From Acidimicrobiales bacterium (lineage in GTDB: Bacteria > Actinomycetota > Acidimicrobiia > Acidimicrobiales > Bog-793): a stretch of DNA of 64,000 bases. Location of the stretch: assembly GCA_035294085.1 (NCBI GenBank), contig DATGLP010000024.1, positions 1,061 to 65,060 of the forward strand, written 5' to 3'. Every line of letters begins with the position of its first letter. The stretch's first letter is position 1. Shown piece after piece: positions 1 through 9,707 of the stretch. The position numbers were made by a program, and so were the translations under genes. The notes beneath the pieces are model-generated. The model was not told the origin of the DNA and did no database searches. It saw only the letters and a program-made list of their open reading frames with translations.

Positions 1-912
1 GGGATGCTCGCGAGCAAACGGGAGTTGTTCGAGCTGTGCGGGGTGCACGGTGTCCCGACGCCGAAGACGGCCTTCCCCCACGCCGCGTCCGACGTCGTCG
101 GAATCGCTCGGGACCTGGAGTTCCCCGTCGTCGTCAAGAGCGTCGAGCCGTGGGTCCGGCTGCAGCACCCGGTGGTTCGGGCCACCACGGTCGTCACGAG
201 CCCAGAGGACCTGCTCGCGCTCGCCCGCGGGCGCGAGGCGTTCCCCGCGCTCGTCCAGGAGCACATCCCGGACTCGGCCAGCCAGGACTGGATCGTCGCC
301 GCCTACTTCGACCGCAGGAGCGAACCCGCCGCGCTCTTCACCGCGCGAAAGCTCCGCTCCTGGCCGCCTCGAGCCGGCGTCACCACCTACGCACAGGTGC
401 GCTCGAACGACGTGCTCGCCGAGACGGCCGCCGCCTTCTGCCGGGGCATCGCGTACCGCGGGATCATCGACATGGACTGGCGCTTCGACGAGCGCGACGG
501 CCAGTACAAGCTGCTCGACGCGAACCCCCGACTTGGAGCCCAGTTCCGTCTCTTCGAGACGGATGTAGGGATCGACGTCGTGCGGGCGATGCACCTCGAC
601 CTCTCCGGTCGCGCGGTTCCGTGCGGCCAGCAGATCGAGGGCGAGACGATCATCGTCGAGCACCTCGACGTGCCGGCCCGCCTCCGCTACCGAGCGATCC
701 CGACACGCGAAGCACGAGCCGAACCGGCCGGTCGTCCCCGTCTCACCTGGGCCGCCGCGGACGACCCGCTCCCGGCGGCGGCGGCCCTAGCCTTCGCGCT
801 GGTCGAGTGCGTGCGAGCCCTGCGTCGCCGAGCGCTCCGGCTCGTGCGCGGCGCGCTCGCCCGAGGCTGGCTCGCTCGCAGGCCGGGACCCGCGCAGGTG
901 TGTCCGAGCTGA
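1..912 (+). CDS. ATP-grasp domain protein (5' end probably outside the window)
   Basis: ORF 4..912 is in frame with the window edge. ATP-grasp-like pattern (GVPTPKT, FPVVVKS, LVQEHIP, DMDWRFDERDGQYKLLDANPR). No pre-ATP-grasp N-domain is visible, so it is likely truncated. Confidence 0.6.
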   Translation, partial: GMLASKRELFELCGVHGVPTPKTAFPHAASDVVGIARDLEFPVVVKSVEPWVRLQHPVVRATTVVTSPEDLLALARGREAFPALVQEHIPDSASQDWIVAAYFDRRSEPAALFTARKLRSWPPRAGVTTYAQVRSNDVLAETAAAFCRGIAYRGIIDMDWRFDERDGQYKLLDANPRLGAQFRLFETDVGIDVVRAMHLDLSGRAVPCGQQIEGETIIVEHLDVPARLRYRAIPTREARAEPAGRPRLTWAAADDPLPAAAALAFALVECVRALRRRALRLVRGALARGWLARRPGPAQVCPS

Positions 913-2157
913 CGCGAGCGACCGGCCGTGCAGTCGTTCCAGCACCCCGCGGGCAAGCGCCGGCGATGCGACGCGCGTGCCACAGACGAACCGGAGCACG
1001 GGGCCGAAGGTCGCGGCAGCAGCCAGACCGGTGAAGAAGAGGCCTTCGCGCGACGACTCGAGCGAGCGAGACAGGCGCGGCGAACCGCCGACGCGCCGCA
1101 GGCCCCGGCGCAACTCGGGCACGAGGAAGCCCAGGCGATCGAGCTCCACCGCGTAGCCGGTCGCCGCGAGGACGTGGTCGACCTCCAGGACCTCCTCGCC
1201 CCCGGGGCGCTCCAGGACGAGCCGAACGGTGCCGTCCCCTCGTGTCGCCGCACGCACGCGCGCAGACAGGTGGAGGCTGATGCGCTCGGAGAAGCGACGC
1301 CGGAGCCACCAGCCGCCAGACGGCCCGAGCACCCGCCGCACGAGCTCGACGCGCAGCGCTGCCGGCAGATGGCGGAACAGCGGCGCGCCCTTCGCCGCCG
1401 CGACGAGGGACCAGCCGGGTCCGAGCGGAGAGGCGGGCTTGCGGATCCGTTCCAGCACCGAGCGAGCCTCCGAAGGCGGCGAGCCCCACGAGATCCGCGG
1501 CGCGCGCGCCACCAGGTGGACGGTCGCGCCGGCCTCGATCAGCAGCACCGCCGACTCGAGGGCCGACTGGCCAGCGCCGACGACGGCGACGCGCTGGCCG
1601 GCGAGCACCCCGAGGTCGCTGTGCTCCGAGGAGTGGGAGAGCTGTCCGCCGAGGTCGGCACCGTCGAGCTCGCCCGGCACGTGCCGGAAGGGGCTGAAGC
1701 CGCACGCGAGGACGACCGCCCGCGTGCGGACGAGCTCTCCGGTGCCGAGCTCGAGCACGAAGCCTCCCCGTGCCGGCGCGACCTGCCGCACCTCGACTCG
1801 CTCGACATCCGGCACGAGGTGCTCCTGGAACCAGCAGCCGTAGTCGACGAAGAGCTCGAGCGCGACCGGCGTCAGCTCCGTCAGCGGCTCAAGCCCCCGG
1901 CCTGCGCAGAAGTCCTCGAGCGCGAACCCTCGGCACGGAGCGTCGAGACTGGACGCCGCCGGAGCTGACTTCAGGAACATGCCGCGAGGCATGTGCTCCA
2001 CCCAGGCAGACATCGGCACGCCGAGGACGCGGGGCTCCAGACCGAGTGCGCGCAGGTGCGCGGCAGCCGATAGCCCGTAGGGACCCGCTCCGACGACGAC
2101 GACGTCGCAGTCCTGCGCGCTCGGACCCAACGCGGCGTGGTCCCGACCTGCCTGCAA
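787..2157 (-). CDS. FAD/NAD(P)-binding oxidoreductase, flavin-monooxygenase-like
   Basis: Two dinucleotide-binding motifs (DVVVVGAGPYG, RVAVVGAGQSALE) and an ATGY motif. Start set at TTG 2157 because GGAGGGAGGG lies 6 nt upstream. The extension to 2349 is Arg-rich filler. Confidence 0.7.
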   Translation of the reverse strand: MQAGRDHAALGPSAQDCDVVVVGAGPYGLSAAAHLRALGLEPRVLGVPMSAWVEHMPRGMFLKSAPAASSLDAPCRGFALEDFCAGRGLEPLTELTPVALELFVDYGCWFQEHLVPDVERVEVRQVAPARGGFVLELGTGELVRTRAVVLACGFSPFRHVPGELDGADLGGQLSHSSEHSDLGVLAGQRVAVVGAGQSALESAVLLIEAGATVHLVARAPRISWGSPPSEARSVLERIRKPASPLGPGWSLVAAAKGAPLFRHLPAALRVELVRRVLGPSGGWWLRRRFSERISLHLSARVRAATRGDGTVRLVLERPGGEEVLEVDHVLAATGYAVELDRLGFLVPELRRGLRRVGGSPRLSRSLESSREGLFFTGLAAAATFGPVLRFVCGTRVASPALARGVLERLHGRSLASARTHLRGSRPASEPASGERAAHEPERSATQGSHALDQREG

Positions 2158-2607
2158 CGGTGTCCCTCCCTCCGACTGTCGTTGGTGCGTGCTTCGCGCC
2201 GAGTGCAGCGTGCTCCTCGTGCCGTGTGGCGTGGAACTGCCCGGTGCGGCCACCTCCGCAAACCGGGCGCGACCCCGGCGTCCGCGACGACGTCTGTCGG
2301 GTCGAGTTCGGAGGCCCGCACCACCAGCCCAGACGGGCGATGCGCCCACAGCGCCAGCCCTCGCTCGCCACGGCGCTCGACCCCACGCGAGCCGCTGTCG
2401 CTAGGACCGGTCGGGCCCGGTGGTCCGGCAGCCAAACGGTGCACTCGACCCGACCAGCCTCCTGGCGCAGCGTCTCGCCGGCTGTACTCGCCGGAGGCGG
2501 CACCAGCACTCGAGTCCGGGCCGTCAGCCACACCCGCACGCGCCCCGCGTGCCCGCCGAACGACCGCGCTAATCTTCAGTGCCTCGCTCGGCGGACTCGT
2601 TGCCGAC

Positions 2608-2694
2608 GTCGGAGTGGCGGAATAGGCAGACGCGCTAGCTTGAGGGGCTAGTGCCCGCAAGGGCGTGGGGGTTCAAGTCCCCCCTCCGACACCA
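2608..2694 (+). tRNA. tRNA-Leu (anticodon GAG)
   Basis: Acceptor GTCGGAG/CTCCGAC, anticodon arm CTAGC-TTGAGGG-GCTAG, long variable arm TGCCCGCAAGGGCG, T-arm GGGGG-TTCAAGT-CCCCC, encoded ACCA. Confidence 0.9.
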
Positions 2695-2751
2695 ACGCTT
2701 CACAGGTACAACGTCCGGTCACGACGTCCGGGCGCTCCCCGTCGCAGGTGC

Positions 2752-4569
2752 TCAGCCCGACGAGCTCGGCGCGGTCGTCGGCACGGTCGGCGGAGGATTC
2801 AGCTGGATCGCCCACTGATCCGCGTTCCAGAGCGGTCCGGCCCACGTCTGCGTGGTGCTCACGTTGACGACGTCGACCCGGGTGACGAGGGTCATCGGGA
2901 CCTGGAAGAGCGGGAGCGTCGGCATGTCGGCCCACAGCTGCGTGTCGATCTCGTTGTACAGGCCCGCCGCGGCCGTCGCGTTCAGCTCACCCGCCGCCTC
3001 GTTGAAGAGCGCGTCCACGGCTGGGTTGTCGTAGCCGAGCACGTCCGCGGTGACCGATCCCGTGGCGACGGCGTCAGGCTCACCGACCGTCCCCGTCGAC
3101 GCCGCGGGGGACGCGGCGCCTGGCGCGCTCGAGGACGCGGCCGGCGACGCGCCCACCGGCGCCGTGTACAGACGCGCCATCGCCGACGGGTAGGGCGACA
3201 GGGTGTAGGGGGCGAGCGCCAGCTCGTAGGAGCCCGCCGGGAGGATCGTCGCGAGGAGCGCAGCCTCGGGCACGTCGCGGATCCGCACGACGATGCCGAC
3301 CTGGAGGAGCTGGGCCTGGATCTCGGCGGCGACGGACGCCATGACCCTGCTGCCGCTCGGGACCGTCAGGTCGAGCACGAGGCGGCGGTGGCTCGGCGTC
3401 ATCACGTAGCCGTCGGCGTCCTGGGCGTAGCCGACCTTGGCGAGGAGCGCGGCAGCCTCGGCGAGGTAGGCCGAGGCGTACGCGCTGTCGTTGCCCTGGC
3501 TGCCTGGCGCCCCGGCCAGGGTGATGCGATTGCCGCTCGTCGTCCCGAAGGTGGTGTCGAGTCCGATCGTATTGGCGACGAGCTCGTGGCGGTCGATCGC
3601 CTTGGCGATCGCCTGGCGGACGTCGACCGACCCGAGGACGGGGTTCGCCACGTTGAAGACGAGCTGCCACAGCGTCGGAGCGAGCGCCGCGGAGCCGACG
3701 AGGTCCGAGCTCGTCTCGAGCAGCCGGGTGACAGCCGGTCCCGACGGGACCTCTGCGACGTCGACACGGCCCGACCGCAGAGCAGCGAGCGTGGCCCGCT
3801 CGCCGTGCACCACTCGGAAGATGATCCGGTCGAGCCGGGGCTTCGGACCGAAGTAACGGGGATTGCGGTCGAGCACGAGCTCGCGCCCCGGAACGACCCT
3901 CGCCACCTCGAAGGGCCCGCCCGAGATGACCCGGCGTGGATCGAAGCCCTGGAAGGCACGTGACCACCCGAAGCGTCGCGCGATGTGGGCGGGAATGAGG
4001 TTGGCAAACAGGCCCTCCCAGTCAGCGAAGGGCGTCTTGAACACCACCGTCACCGTCCTGCCGCCGTTCGATCCGGTGACCGACTCGATGTCCTGGTAGC
4101 CGCGCAGCAGGTCGCCGGGGGGCAGCTGAGCGCCCATCGCCAGGTGCTCCCGCCAGTTGTAGATGAAGTCCTCGGCGGTGATCGGGACCCCGTCGGACCA
4201 GCGGGCTGCCGGGTTGATCGTGTAGACCACGGTCTCGGGGCTCACACCGGTCGTCTCCGCCTGAGCGAGCAGCCCTCCCCCCCCGCCGGCGAGGATCACG
4301 TTGCCGGACGGGTTCACGACGAACGGCTGCGGCCAGACCTGCGCCATCACCTCGGTCGTGACCGCGTTCGCGCCGGCCGGCGCCGAGGGGTTGAAGTTCG
4401 TCGGCAGCCGGGAGACCGCGACGGTCACCGTGCCGCCCTGGGCGAGGACGAGCGGCCCCTGGTCGGCGGACTTCGTCGTCACGGGGGCGGTCGCGCCAGC
4501 ACGCCCGCACGAAGCGAGGCCGAGACCGACGAGGACGAGCGCGAGGGCAGAGCGGCGGCTCAGCCCCAC
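2752..4569 (-). CDS. ABC transporter substrate-binding lipoprotein, family 5 (peptide/nickel type)
   Basis: C-terminal 605 codons of ORF 2752..5325. GTG 4569 gives VGLSRRSALALVLVGLGLASCG (signal peptide plus LASC lipobox) followed by an SBP_bac_5-like body. Overlaps the secG stop by 10 nt. Confidence 0.8.
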   Translation of the reverse strand: MGLSRRSALALVLVGLGLASCGRAGATAPVTTKSADQGPLVLAQGGTVTVAVSRLPTNFNPSAPAGANAVTTEVMAQVWPQPFVVNPSGNVILAGGGGGLLAQAETTGVSPETVVYTINPAARWSDGVPITAEDFIYNWREHLAMGAQLPPGDLLRGYQDIESVTGSNGGRTVTVVFKTPFADWEGLFANLIPAHIARRFGWSRAFQGFDPRRVISGGPFEVARVVPGRELVLDRNPRYFGPKPRLDRIIFRVVHGERATLAALRSGRVDVAEVPSGPAVTRLLETSSDLVGSAALAPTLWQLVFNVANPVLGSVDVRQAIAKAIDRHELVANTIGLDTTFGTTSGNRITLAGAPGSQGNDSAYASAYLAEAAALLAKVGYAQDADGYVMTPSHRRLVLDLTVPSGSRVMASVAAEIQAQLLQVGIVVRIRDVPEAALLATILPAGSYELALAPYTLSPYPSAMARLYTAPVGASPAASSSAPGAASPAASTGTVGEPDAVATGSVTADVLGYDNPAVDALFNEAAGELNATAAAGLYNEIDTQLWADMPTLPLFQVPMTLVTRVDVVNVSTTQTWAGPLWNADQWAIQLNPPPTVPTTAPSSSG

Positions 4570-4790
4570 CGCAAGCCGATGATGATGGTCGTGAACGCGA
4601 AGACGATGGCGATCGTGATCGTCAGGCGGTCGAGGTTCCGCTCGGCGACCGTCGACCCCGCCGCCGCGCTCCCGATGCTCGAGCCGAACATGTCCGACAG
4701 GCCGCCGCCGCGACCAGAGTGCAGCAGGATGAGGATGACGAGGGCGAACGAACAGACGGCCTCGATCCCGACGAGGATGTCCGTGAGCAC
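4560..4790 (-). CDS. secG: preprotein translocase subunit SecG
   Basis: 76 aa, two TM segments, LLHSGRGGGLS motif. GGGAGG lies 9 nt upstream of the GTG. Conserved position after tpiA. Confidence 0.9.
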   Translation of the reverse strand: MLTDILVGIEAVCSFALVILILLHSGRGGGLSDMFGSSIGSAAAGSTVAERNLDRLTITIAIVFAFTTIIIGLRWG

Positions 4791-4867
4791 CGAATGCGAC
4801 CTCCCGAGGCTGCGGCCCGGCGAAGCCGGAGGTTAGCAGGGCACCTCGGCGGATCGGCGCCGCGCCC

Positions 4868-5641
4868 TCAGGCGCCGGCGCGGCAGATCGCGGCGAACCC
4901 CGTGGCGTCGAGGCTCGCCCCGCCGACGAGGAGCCCGTCCACGTCCTTCGCCGCGAGCAGGTCCGCCGCGTTCTCCGATGTGACCGACCCCCCGTACTGG
5001 ATGCGGGTGGCCTCGGCCGCGCTCCCTGCCAGCCGTGCGAGCTCGGCCCGGATCGCGGCGCACATCTCCGCGGCGTCGTCGGGCGTCGCCGTGTGCCCGG
5101 TGCCGATCGCCCAGATCGGCTCGTAGGCGACGACGGCCTCGGCCACGACGGCCGCGGGCCGGCCGACGAAGGCCGCCTCGACCTGGTGGCGGACCTTGTC
5201 GAGAGCGATGCCGGCCTGCCGCTCCTCGAGCGACTCACCGACGCACACGATCGGGCGCATCCCGTGCCGCACGATCGCGTCGACCTTCCGCCGCACGACT
5301 TCGTCGGTCTCGCCGGCATACGCACGGCGCTCGGAGTGTCCGGCGAGCACGTAGGTCACGTTCAGCTTCGCGAGCATCTCGGCGCTCACCTCGCCGGTGA
5401 ACGCGCCGCGGTCCTCGTAGTGGCAGGTCTGCGCGCCGAGCTGGACGGGAATCCGGTCGGTCTCCACCGCCGTCTGGACCGTGCGCAGCGACGTGAACGG
5501 CGGGTGCAGGCTCACCTCCCGACCGGCCGGGAGCCCTCCCGCTCGCAGGAGGGCGGCGAGCTCCTGCACGAGCTTCAGCGCCTCGAAGTGGTTGCCGTTC
5601 ATCTTCCAGTTCCCGCTCACGAGGATGGTGCGGCCCGTCAC
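4868..5641 (-). CDS. tpiA: triose-phosphate isomerase
   Basis: ILVSGNWKMN, AYEPIWAIGTG, YGGSV motifs. GTG 5641 overlaps the pgk TGA (GTGA). Confidence 0.95.
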   Translation of the reverse strand: MTGRTILVSGNWKMNGNHFEALKLVQELAALLRAGGLPAGREVSLHPPFTSLRTVQTAVETDRIPVQLGAQTCHYEDRGAFTGEVSAEMLAKLNVTYVLAGHSERRAYAGETDEVVRRKVDAIVRHGMRPIVCVGESLEERQAGIALDKVRHQVEAAFVGRPAAVVAEAVVAYEPIWAIGTGHTATPDDAAEMCAAIRAELARLAGSAAEATRIQYGGSVTSENAADLLAAKDVDGLLVGGASLDATGFAAICRAGA

Positions 5642-6819
5642 CGCCCGCCTCCGGCACGCAGCCCACGCGACGCTCGCAGCGCCGCGAGCCCGGGAAGGTC
5701 GCCGTGCTCGAGGAGCTCGAGCGACGCTCCCCCGCCGGTCGACACGTGGCCGATGCGCGGCGCGAGCCCGAAGCGGTCGAGCGCGGCGACCGAGTCCCCC
5801 CCGCCCACCACGGTGAAGCCCGGACAGTCGGCGACGGCCTCCGCGAGCGCCCTCGTCCCCGCGGCGAAGCGGGCGTCCTCGAAGACGCCGGCAGGACCGT
5901 TCCACAGGACGGTGCGCGCGGCGAGGATCACCTCCCGGTAGCGCGCGCGAGTCGCCGGACCGATGTCGACGCCCTGGAAGCCGTCGGGGATGTCCCCCCC
6001 GACGACGCGCACCTCACCGGGATCGGCGGCGGCGCCGGCGTCGTCGTCGGGGTGGAGCGCGCCGCCGGGGCCGAGGACCACGTGGTCGAGCGGCAGCAGC
6101 ACCTCGACCCCGCTGGCGAGGAGGTCGGAGCAGGCGGCCAGGCTGCGCTCGTCGAGCAGCGACGAGCCGACGCGGCGGCCGCGCGCGGCGAGGAACGTGT
6201 AGCTCATACCGCCGCACACGACGAGGGCGTCCACCCGGCCAGCGAGGGACCGCAGCACGCCCAGCTTGTCGGCCACCTTCGCCCCTCCGATCACGGCGAC
6301 GAAGGGCCGCTCGGCGCCCTCGAGGAGCGTCCCGAGGACCTCCACCTCGCGGGCCAGCAGGCGCCCCCCGGCCGATGGCAGGCGGGATGGTGGCCCCACG
6401 ATGGAGGCGTGCGACCGGTGGCACGCGCCGAACGCGTCGTTGACGAAGTAGTCGTGACCGGCGACGAGGCGGTCGACGAAGGCCGGGTCGCCGGCCTCCT
6501 CGCCTGGGTCGAAGCGGAGGTTCTCACCGAGGGCCACCCCGGGGGCGAGCTCTGCCAGGCGCGCCCGCACCGGCGCCAGGCTGAAGCGTTCGTCGGGTCG
6601 GCCGTGCGGCCGGCCGAGGTGGGACACCACCGTGACGCGGGCGCCGCGCTCGGTGAGCCACCCGAGGGTCGGGAGCGTCGCCCGGATGCGGAAGTCGTCG
6701 ACGACCCGCCGCGTGCCGTCGGGGTTCTCGGCGAGCGGCACGTTGTAGTCGGCGCGTACGAGGACCGACGCGCCCTCGACCGGCGGCAGGTCCTCGAGGA
6801 CAGGGACCGAGAGCCTCAC
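5638..6819 (-). CDS. pgk: phosphoglycerate kinase
   Basis: VLVRADYNVPL, FVNDAFGACHR, VIGGAKVADK, STGGGASLE motifs. GTG 6819 overlaps the gap TGA (GTGA). Confidence 0.95.
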   Translation of the reverse strand: MRLSVPVLEDLPPVEGASVLVRADYNVPLAENPDGTRRVVDDFRIRATLPTLGWLTERGARVTVVSHLGRPHGRPDERFSLAPVRARLAELAPGVALGENLRFDPGEEAGDPAFVDRLVAGHDYFVNDAFGACHRSHASIVGPPSRLPSAGGRLLAREVEVLGTLLEGAERPFVAVIGGAKVADKLGVLRSLAGRVDALVVCGGMSYTFLAARGRRVGSSLLDERSLAACSDLLASGVEVLLPLDHVVLGPGGALHPDDDAGAAADPGEVRVVGGDIPDGFQGVDIGPATRARYREVILAARTVLWNGPAGVFEDARFAAGTRALAEAVADCPGFTVVGGGDSVAALDRFGLAPRIGHVSTGGGASLELLEHGDLPGLAALRASRGLRAGGGR

Positions 6820-7835
6820 GCCGCGCCGACGATCGAGGCCAGGTCGACGAGGCGCGACGAGTAGCCCCACTCGTTGTCGTACCAGCCGAAGACCTTGACG
6901 AGGGTGCGGTCATCGCCGATCGGCAACGTCATCGTGAGCTCGGCGTCGAAGACGCACGACGCCGCCGAGCCGACGATGTCGCTCGAGACCAACGGGTCCG
7001 GCGAGTACTCGAGGACCCTCGCGAGCGGTCCCGACGCGGCTGCCTTGGCGAAGGCCTCGTTCACCGTGGCGGCGTCGACGGCGGCGCGCACGATGGCGGT
7101 GAAGTCGGTGATCGACCCGTCGGGCACCGGGACGCGCAGGGAGGTCCCGTCGAGGCGTCCCTTCATCGCCGACAGGACGAGCGAGGTGGCTCGCGCTGCG
7201 CCGGTCGTCGAGGGCACGATGTTCACCGCCGCGGCGCGCGCCCGCCGGAGGTTGTCCCGGCCGAGGTCGAGCAGCTCCTGGTCGTTGGTGTAGGCGTGGA
7301 CCGTCGTCATGAGCCCCTGGTCGACCCCGAACGCGTCGTCGAGGACCTTGACCATCGGCACGAAGCAGTTCGTCGTGCACGACGCGTTCGACACGACGAC
7401 GTGGCGCTCGGGGTCGAAGGTGTCGTCGTTCACGCCCACGACGAAGGTGGCGTCCGCGTCGCTGCAGGGAGCCGAGACGATGACGCGGCGTGCTCCCCCG
7501 TCGAGGTGGCCGGCTGCGGCCTCCCGCTTCGTGAAGCGGCCGGTCGACTCGATGACGACGTCGACGTCGTGGCGTGCCCAGGGCACCGCCGACGGCTCGC
7601 GCTCGGCGTAGACCGCGATGGGCGCGCCGCCCACGATGAGGCGGCCGTCGGCCACCTCGACCGGCACGCCGAGCCGCCCGTGGGTCGAGTCGTAGCGGAG
7701 CAGGTGGGCGTTGACCTCGGGACGCAGCAGGTCGTTCAACGCGACGACCTCGACATCCGTCCTCGCCGCGAGCACGGCGCGCAGGAAGTTGCGCCCGATC
7801 CGGCCGAACCCGTTGATGCCGACCCGCACCGCCAT
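6816..7835 (-). CDS. gap: type I glyceraldehyde-3-phosphate dehydrogenase
   Basis: MAVRVGINGFGRIGR N-terminus, SNASCTTNC active site, WYDNEWGYS. ATG 7835 preferred over ATG 7841 by homology to typical N-termini. Confidence 0.93.
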   Translation of the reverse strand: MAVRVGINGFGRIGRNFLRAVLAARTDVEVVALNDLLRPEVNAHLLRYDSTHGRLGVPVEVADGRLIVGGAPIAVYAEREPSAVPWARHDVDVVIESTGRFTKREAAAGHLDGGARRVIVSAPCSDADATFVVGVNDDTFDPERHVVVSNASCTTNCFVPMVKVLDDAFGVDQGLMTTVHAYTNDQELLDLGRDNLRRARAAAVNIVPSTTGAARATSLVLSAMKGRLDGTSLRVPVPDGSITDFTAIVRAAVDAATVNEAFAKAAASGPLARVLEYSPDPLVSSDIVGSAASCVFDAELTMTLPIGDDRTLVKVFGWYDNEWGYSSRLVDLASIVGAA

Positions 7836-7916
7836 AGCCATCACCGTCCCACGACGACGCCCGCCGGCGTGAGCCACGCGGCCCGCCTGGCGAGGGAGAG
7901 GACACTCTCGCTCAGC

Positions 7917-7922
7917 ACCCTA
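7917..7922 (-). promoter_or_regulatory. possible -10 hexamer (TAGGGT) for the gap operon
   Basis: Minus-strand TAGGGT about 80 nt upstream of the gap start. Matches the actinobacterial TAnnnT/TAGRRT pattern. No convincing -35. Confidence 0.25.
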
Positions 7923-7948
7923 CCGGCCCGCAACTGCGTCGCCGGTGC

Positions 7949-8842
7949 TCAGGCGATGGCAGCCTCGAGCGCGGCGGCCAGGCGCCCGGCGTCGTGCGCG
8001 AGGCCGTCGCCGGACGCGAGGCGCGCCGCGTGGACGCGGATCCCGGGCGGGACCTCGCCGAGCGCGATCGCCGAGGGGTCCGCGACGACGACGTCGGGCA
8101 CGACGCCGTGGTCGATGAGGGCGGCGACGTGGCGAGCGACGTCGAACCCGGCCGTCTCCGGGCACTGCTCCCGCAGGTTCGAGACGTAGACGCGCCTCGC
8201 TCGCGCCTGGGCGAGCGCCCGCGCCGTCTCGCGTGGGGCGAGGGCGGCGAGCACGCTCGTGAACAGCGAACCCGGGCCGATGACGATCGCCTCCGCCGCC
8301 TCGATCGCCTCGAGGACCGCGGCGGGGACGGCGGCATCGGCCGGCAGCAGCGAGACCCGCCGCACCCCGCTCGCCCCCATGATCGCCACCTGCCCCACGA
8401 GCTCGCCCCCGGCCGCCTCGGCCCGCAGCACGACGGGCACGGCCGTCGCCGGCAGGACCCGCCCCACGGCCCCGACGAGCCGACCGGCCTCGTCGACGGC
8501 GCGCACGAAGTCGCCGGTCGACGCCGCCAGCGCCGCCAGCAGCAGGTTCCCGAAGGCATGCCCGTCGAGGCCGCCGCCGCTGAAGCGGTGCTCGAGCGCG
8601 GCGCCGAGCACGGACGAGGGCGCCGAGAGGGCGGCGAGGCACTTGCGGACGTCGCCCGGCGCTGGCAGGCCGGTCGCCTCGCGCAGGCGCCCGCTCGAGC
8701 CTCCGTCGTCGGCGACGGAGGCGACCGCGGTGATGTGCCCGGCGAAGCGCCGGAGCGCGAGCAGGGTGCGGGCGAGCCCGTGGCCCCCGCCGATCGCCAC
8801 GACGCGCGGCCCGCCGTGCGAGAGGGGGTCGCCACCGCTCAT
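7949..8842 (-). CDS. yvcK: YvcK/CofD-family gluconeogenesis factor
   Basis: VVAIGGGHGLA...ADDGGSSGRLR motif, position after rapZ. ATG overlaps the rapZ TGA (ATGA). Confidence 0.88.
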   Translation of the reverse strand: MSGGDPLSHGGPRVVAIGGGHGLARTLLALRRFAGHITAVASVADDGGSSGRLREATGLPAPGDVRKCLAALSAPSSVLGAALEHRFSGGGLDGHAFGNLLLAALAASTGDFVRAVDEAGRLVGAVGRVLPATAVPVVLRAEAAGGELVGQVAIMGASGVRRVSLLPADAAVPAAVLEAIEAAEAIVIGPGSLFTSVLAALAPRETARALAQARARRVYVSNLREQCPETAGFDVARHVAALIDHGVVPDVVVADPSAIALGEVPPGIRVHAARLASGDGLAHDAGRLAAALEAAIA

Positions 8843-9693
8843 CGGGCGATGTCGCGGTGGTGCACCGTGGGCCGGAAGCCGTGCTCGGCGATGCGCGCCG
8901 CGATCTCCTCGGCGATCACGACGCTGCGGTGTCGGCCGCCCGTGCAGCCGATCGCGATCGACAGGTAGGACTTGCCCTCCTTGGCGTAGGCGGGGAGGAG
9001 GAAGGCGAGGAGGTCGTCGAGCTTCGCGAGGAAGGCCTTCGCCTCCTCCTGGCCGAGCACGTAGTCGCGCACCGGCGTCTCGAGCCCCGTGAGCGGGCGC
9101 AGCTCGTCGACCCAGTGCGGGTTCGGCAGGAACCGGCAGTCCAGGACGAGGTCGACGTCGAGGGGGATCCCGTGCTTGAACCCGAAGGACACGACGGCCG
9201 TCTCCATCATGCCCGCCGCCTCGCTCGAGGCGAAGAGCTCGACGAGCCGGGCCCGCAGGTCGTTCACGTTCATCTCGCTCGTGTCGATCACGACATCGGC
9301 CGCGTCGCGCAGCTCCGCGAGCAGGGCGCGCTCGGCGGCGATGGCGGCGAGGACGGTGTCCGCCTCGACCGGGTGGCGCCGGCGCGTCCCCTCGAAGCGC
9401 CGGACGAGCACCTCGTCGGACGCGTCGAGGAAGAGGAGCCGCACGCGCGCGCCGCCCGCCCGCAGGCGCGACAGCTCGGGACCGAGCTCGCTCAAGGTCT
9501 CCGCCCCGCCGCGCCCGGCGACGAAGCAGAAGCGGTCGAGCTCCGAGCCCGGGTGGCTGGCGAGCTCCACGACCTTTCCGATCAGCGCCGGCGGCAGGTT
9601 GTCGATGACGAACCAGCCGAGGTCCTCGAGCGTCGCTCCCGCGCTCGAGCGCCCTGCTCCCGAGAGGCCCGTGACGATCAGGTACTCGGCCAT
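8839..9693 (-). CDS. rapZ: RNase adapter / nucleotide-binding protein RapZ (YvcJ)
   Basis: MAEYLIVTGLSGAGRS P-loop and C-terminal IAIGCTGGRHRSV motif. GAGGAGG lies 9 nt upstream of ATG 9693. Confidence 0.9.
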   Translation of the reverse strand: MAEYLIVTGLSGAGRSSAGATLEDLGWFVIDNLPPALIGKVVELASHPGSELDRFCFVAGRGGAETLSELGPELSRLRAGGARVRLLFLDASDEVLVRRFEGTRRRHPVEADTVLAAIAAERALLAELRDAADVVIDTSEMNVNDLRARLVELFASSEAAGMMETAVVSFGFKHGIPLDVDLVLDCRFLPNPHWVDELRPLTGLETPVRDYVLGQEEAKAFLAKLDDLLAFLLPAYAKEGKSYLSIAIGCTGGRHRSVVIAEEIAARIAEHGFRPTVHHRDIAR

Positions 9694-9707
9694 CGGCGTC
9701 GACCTCC

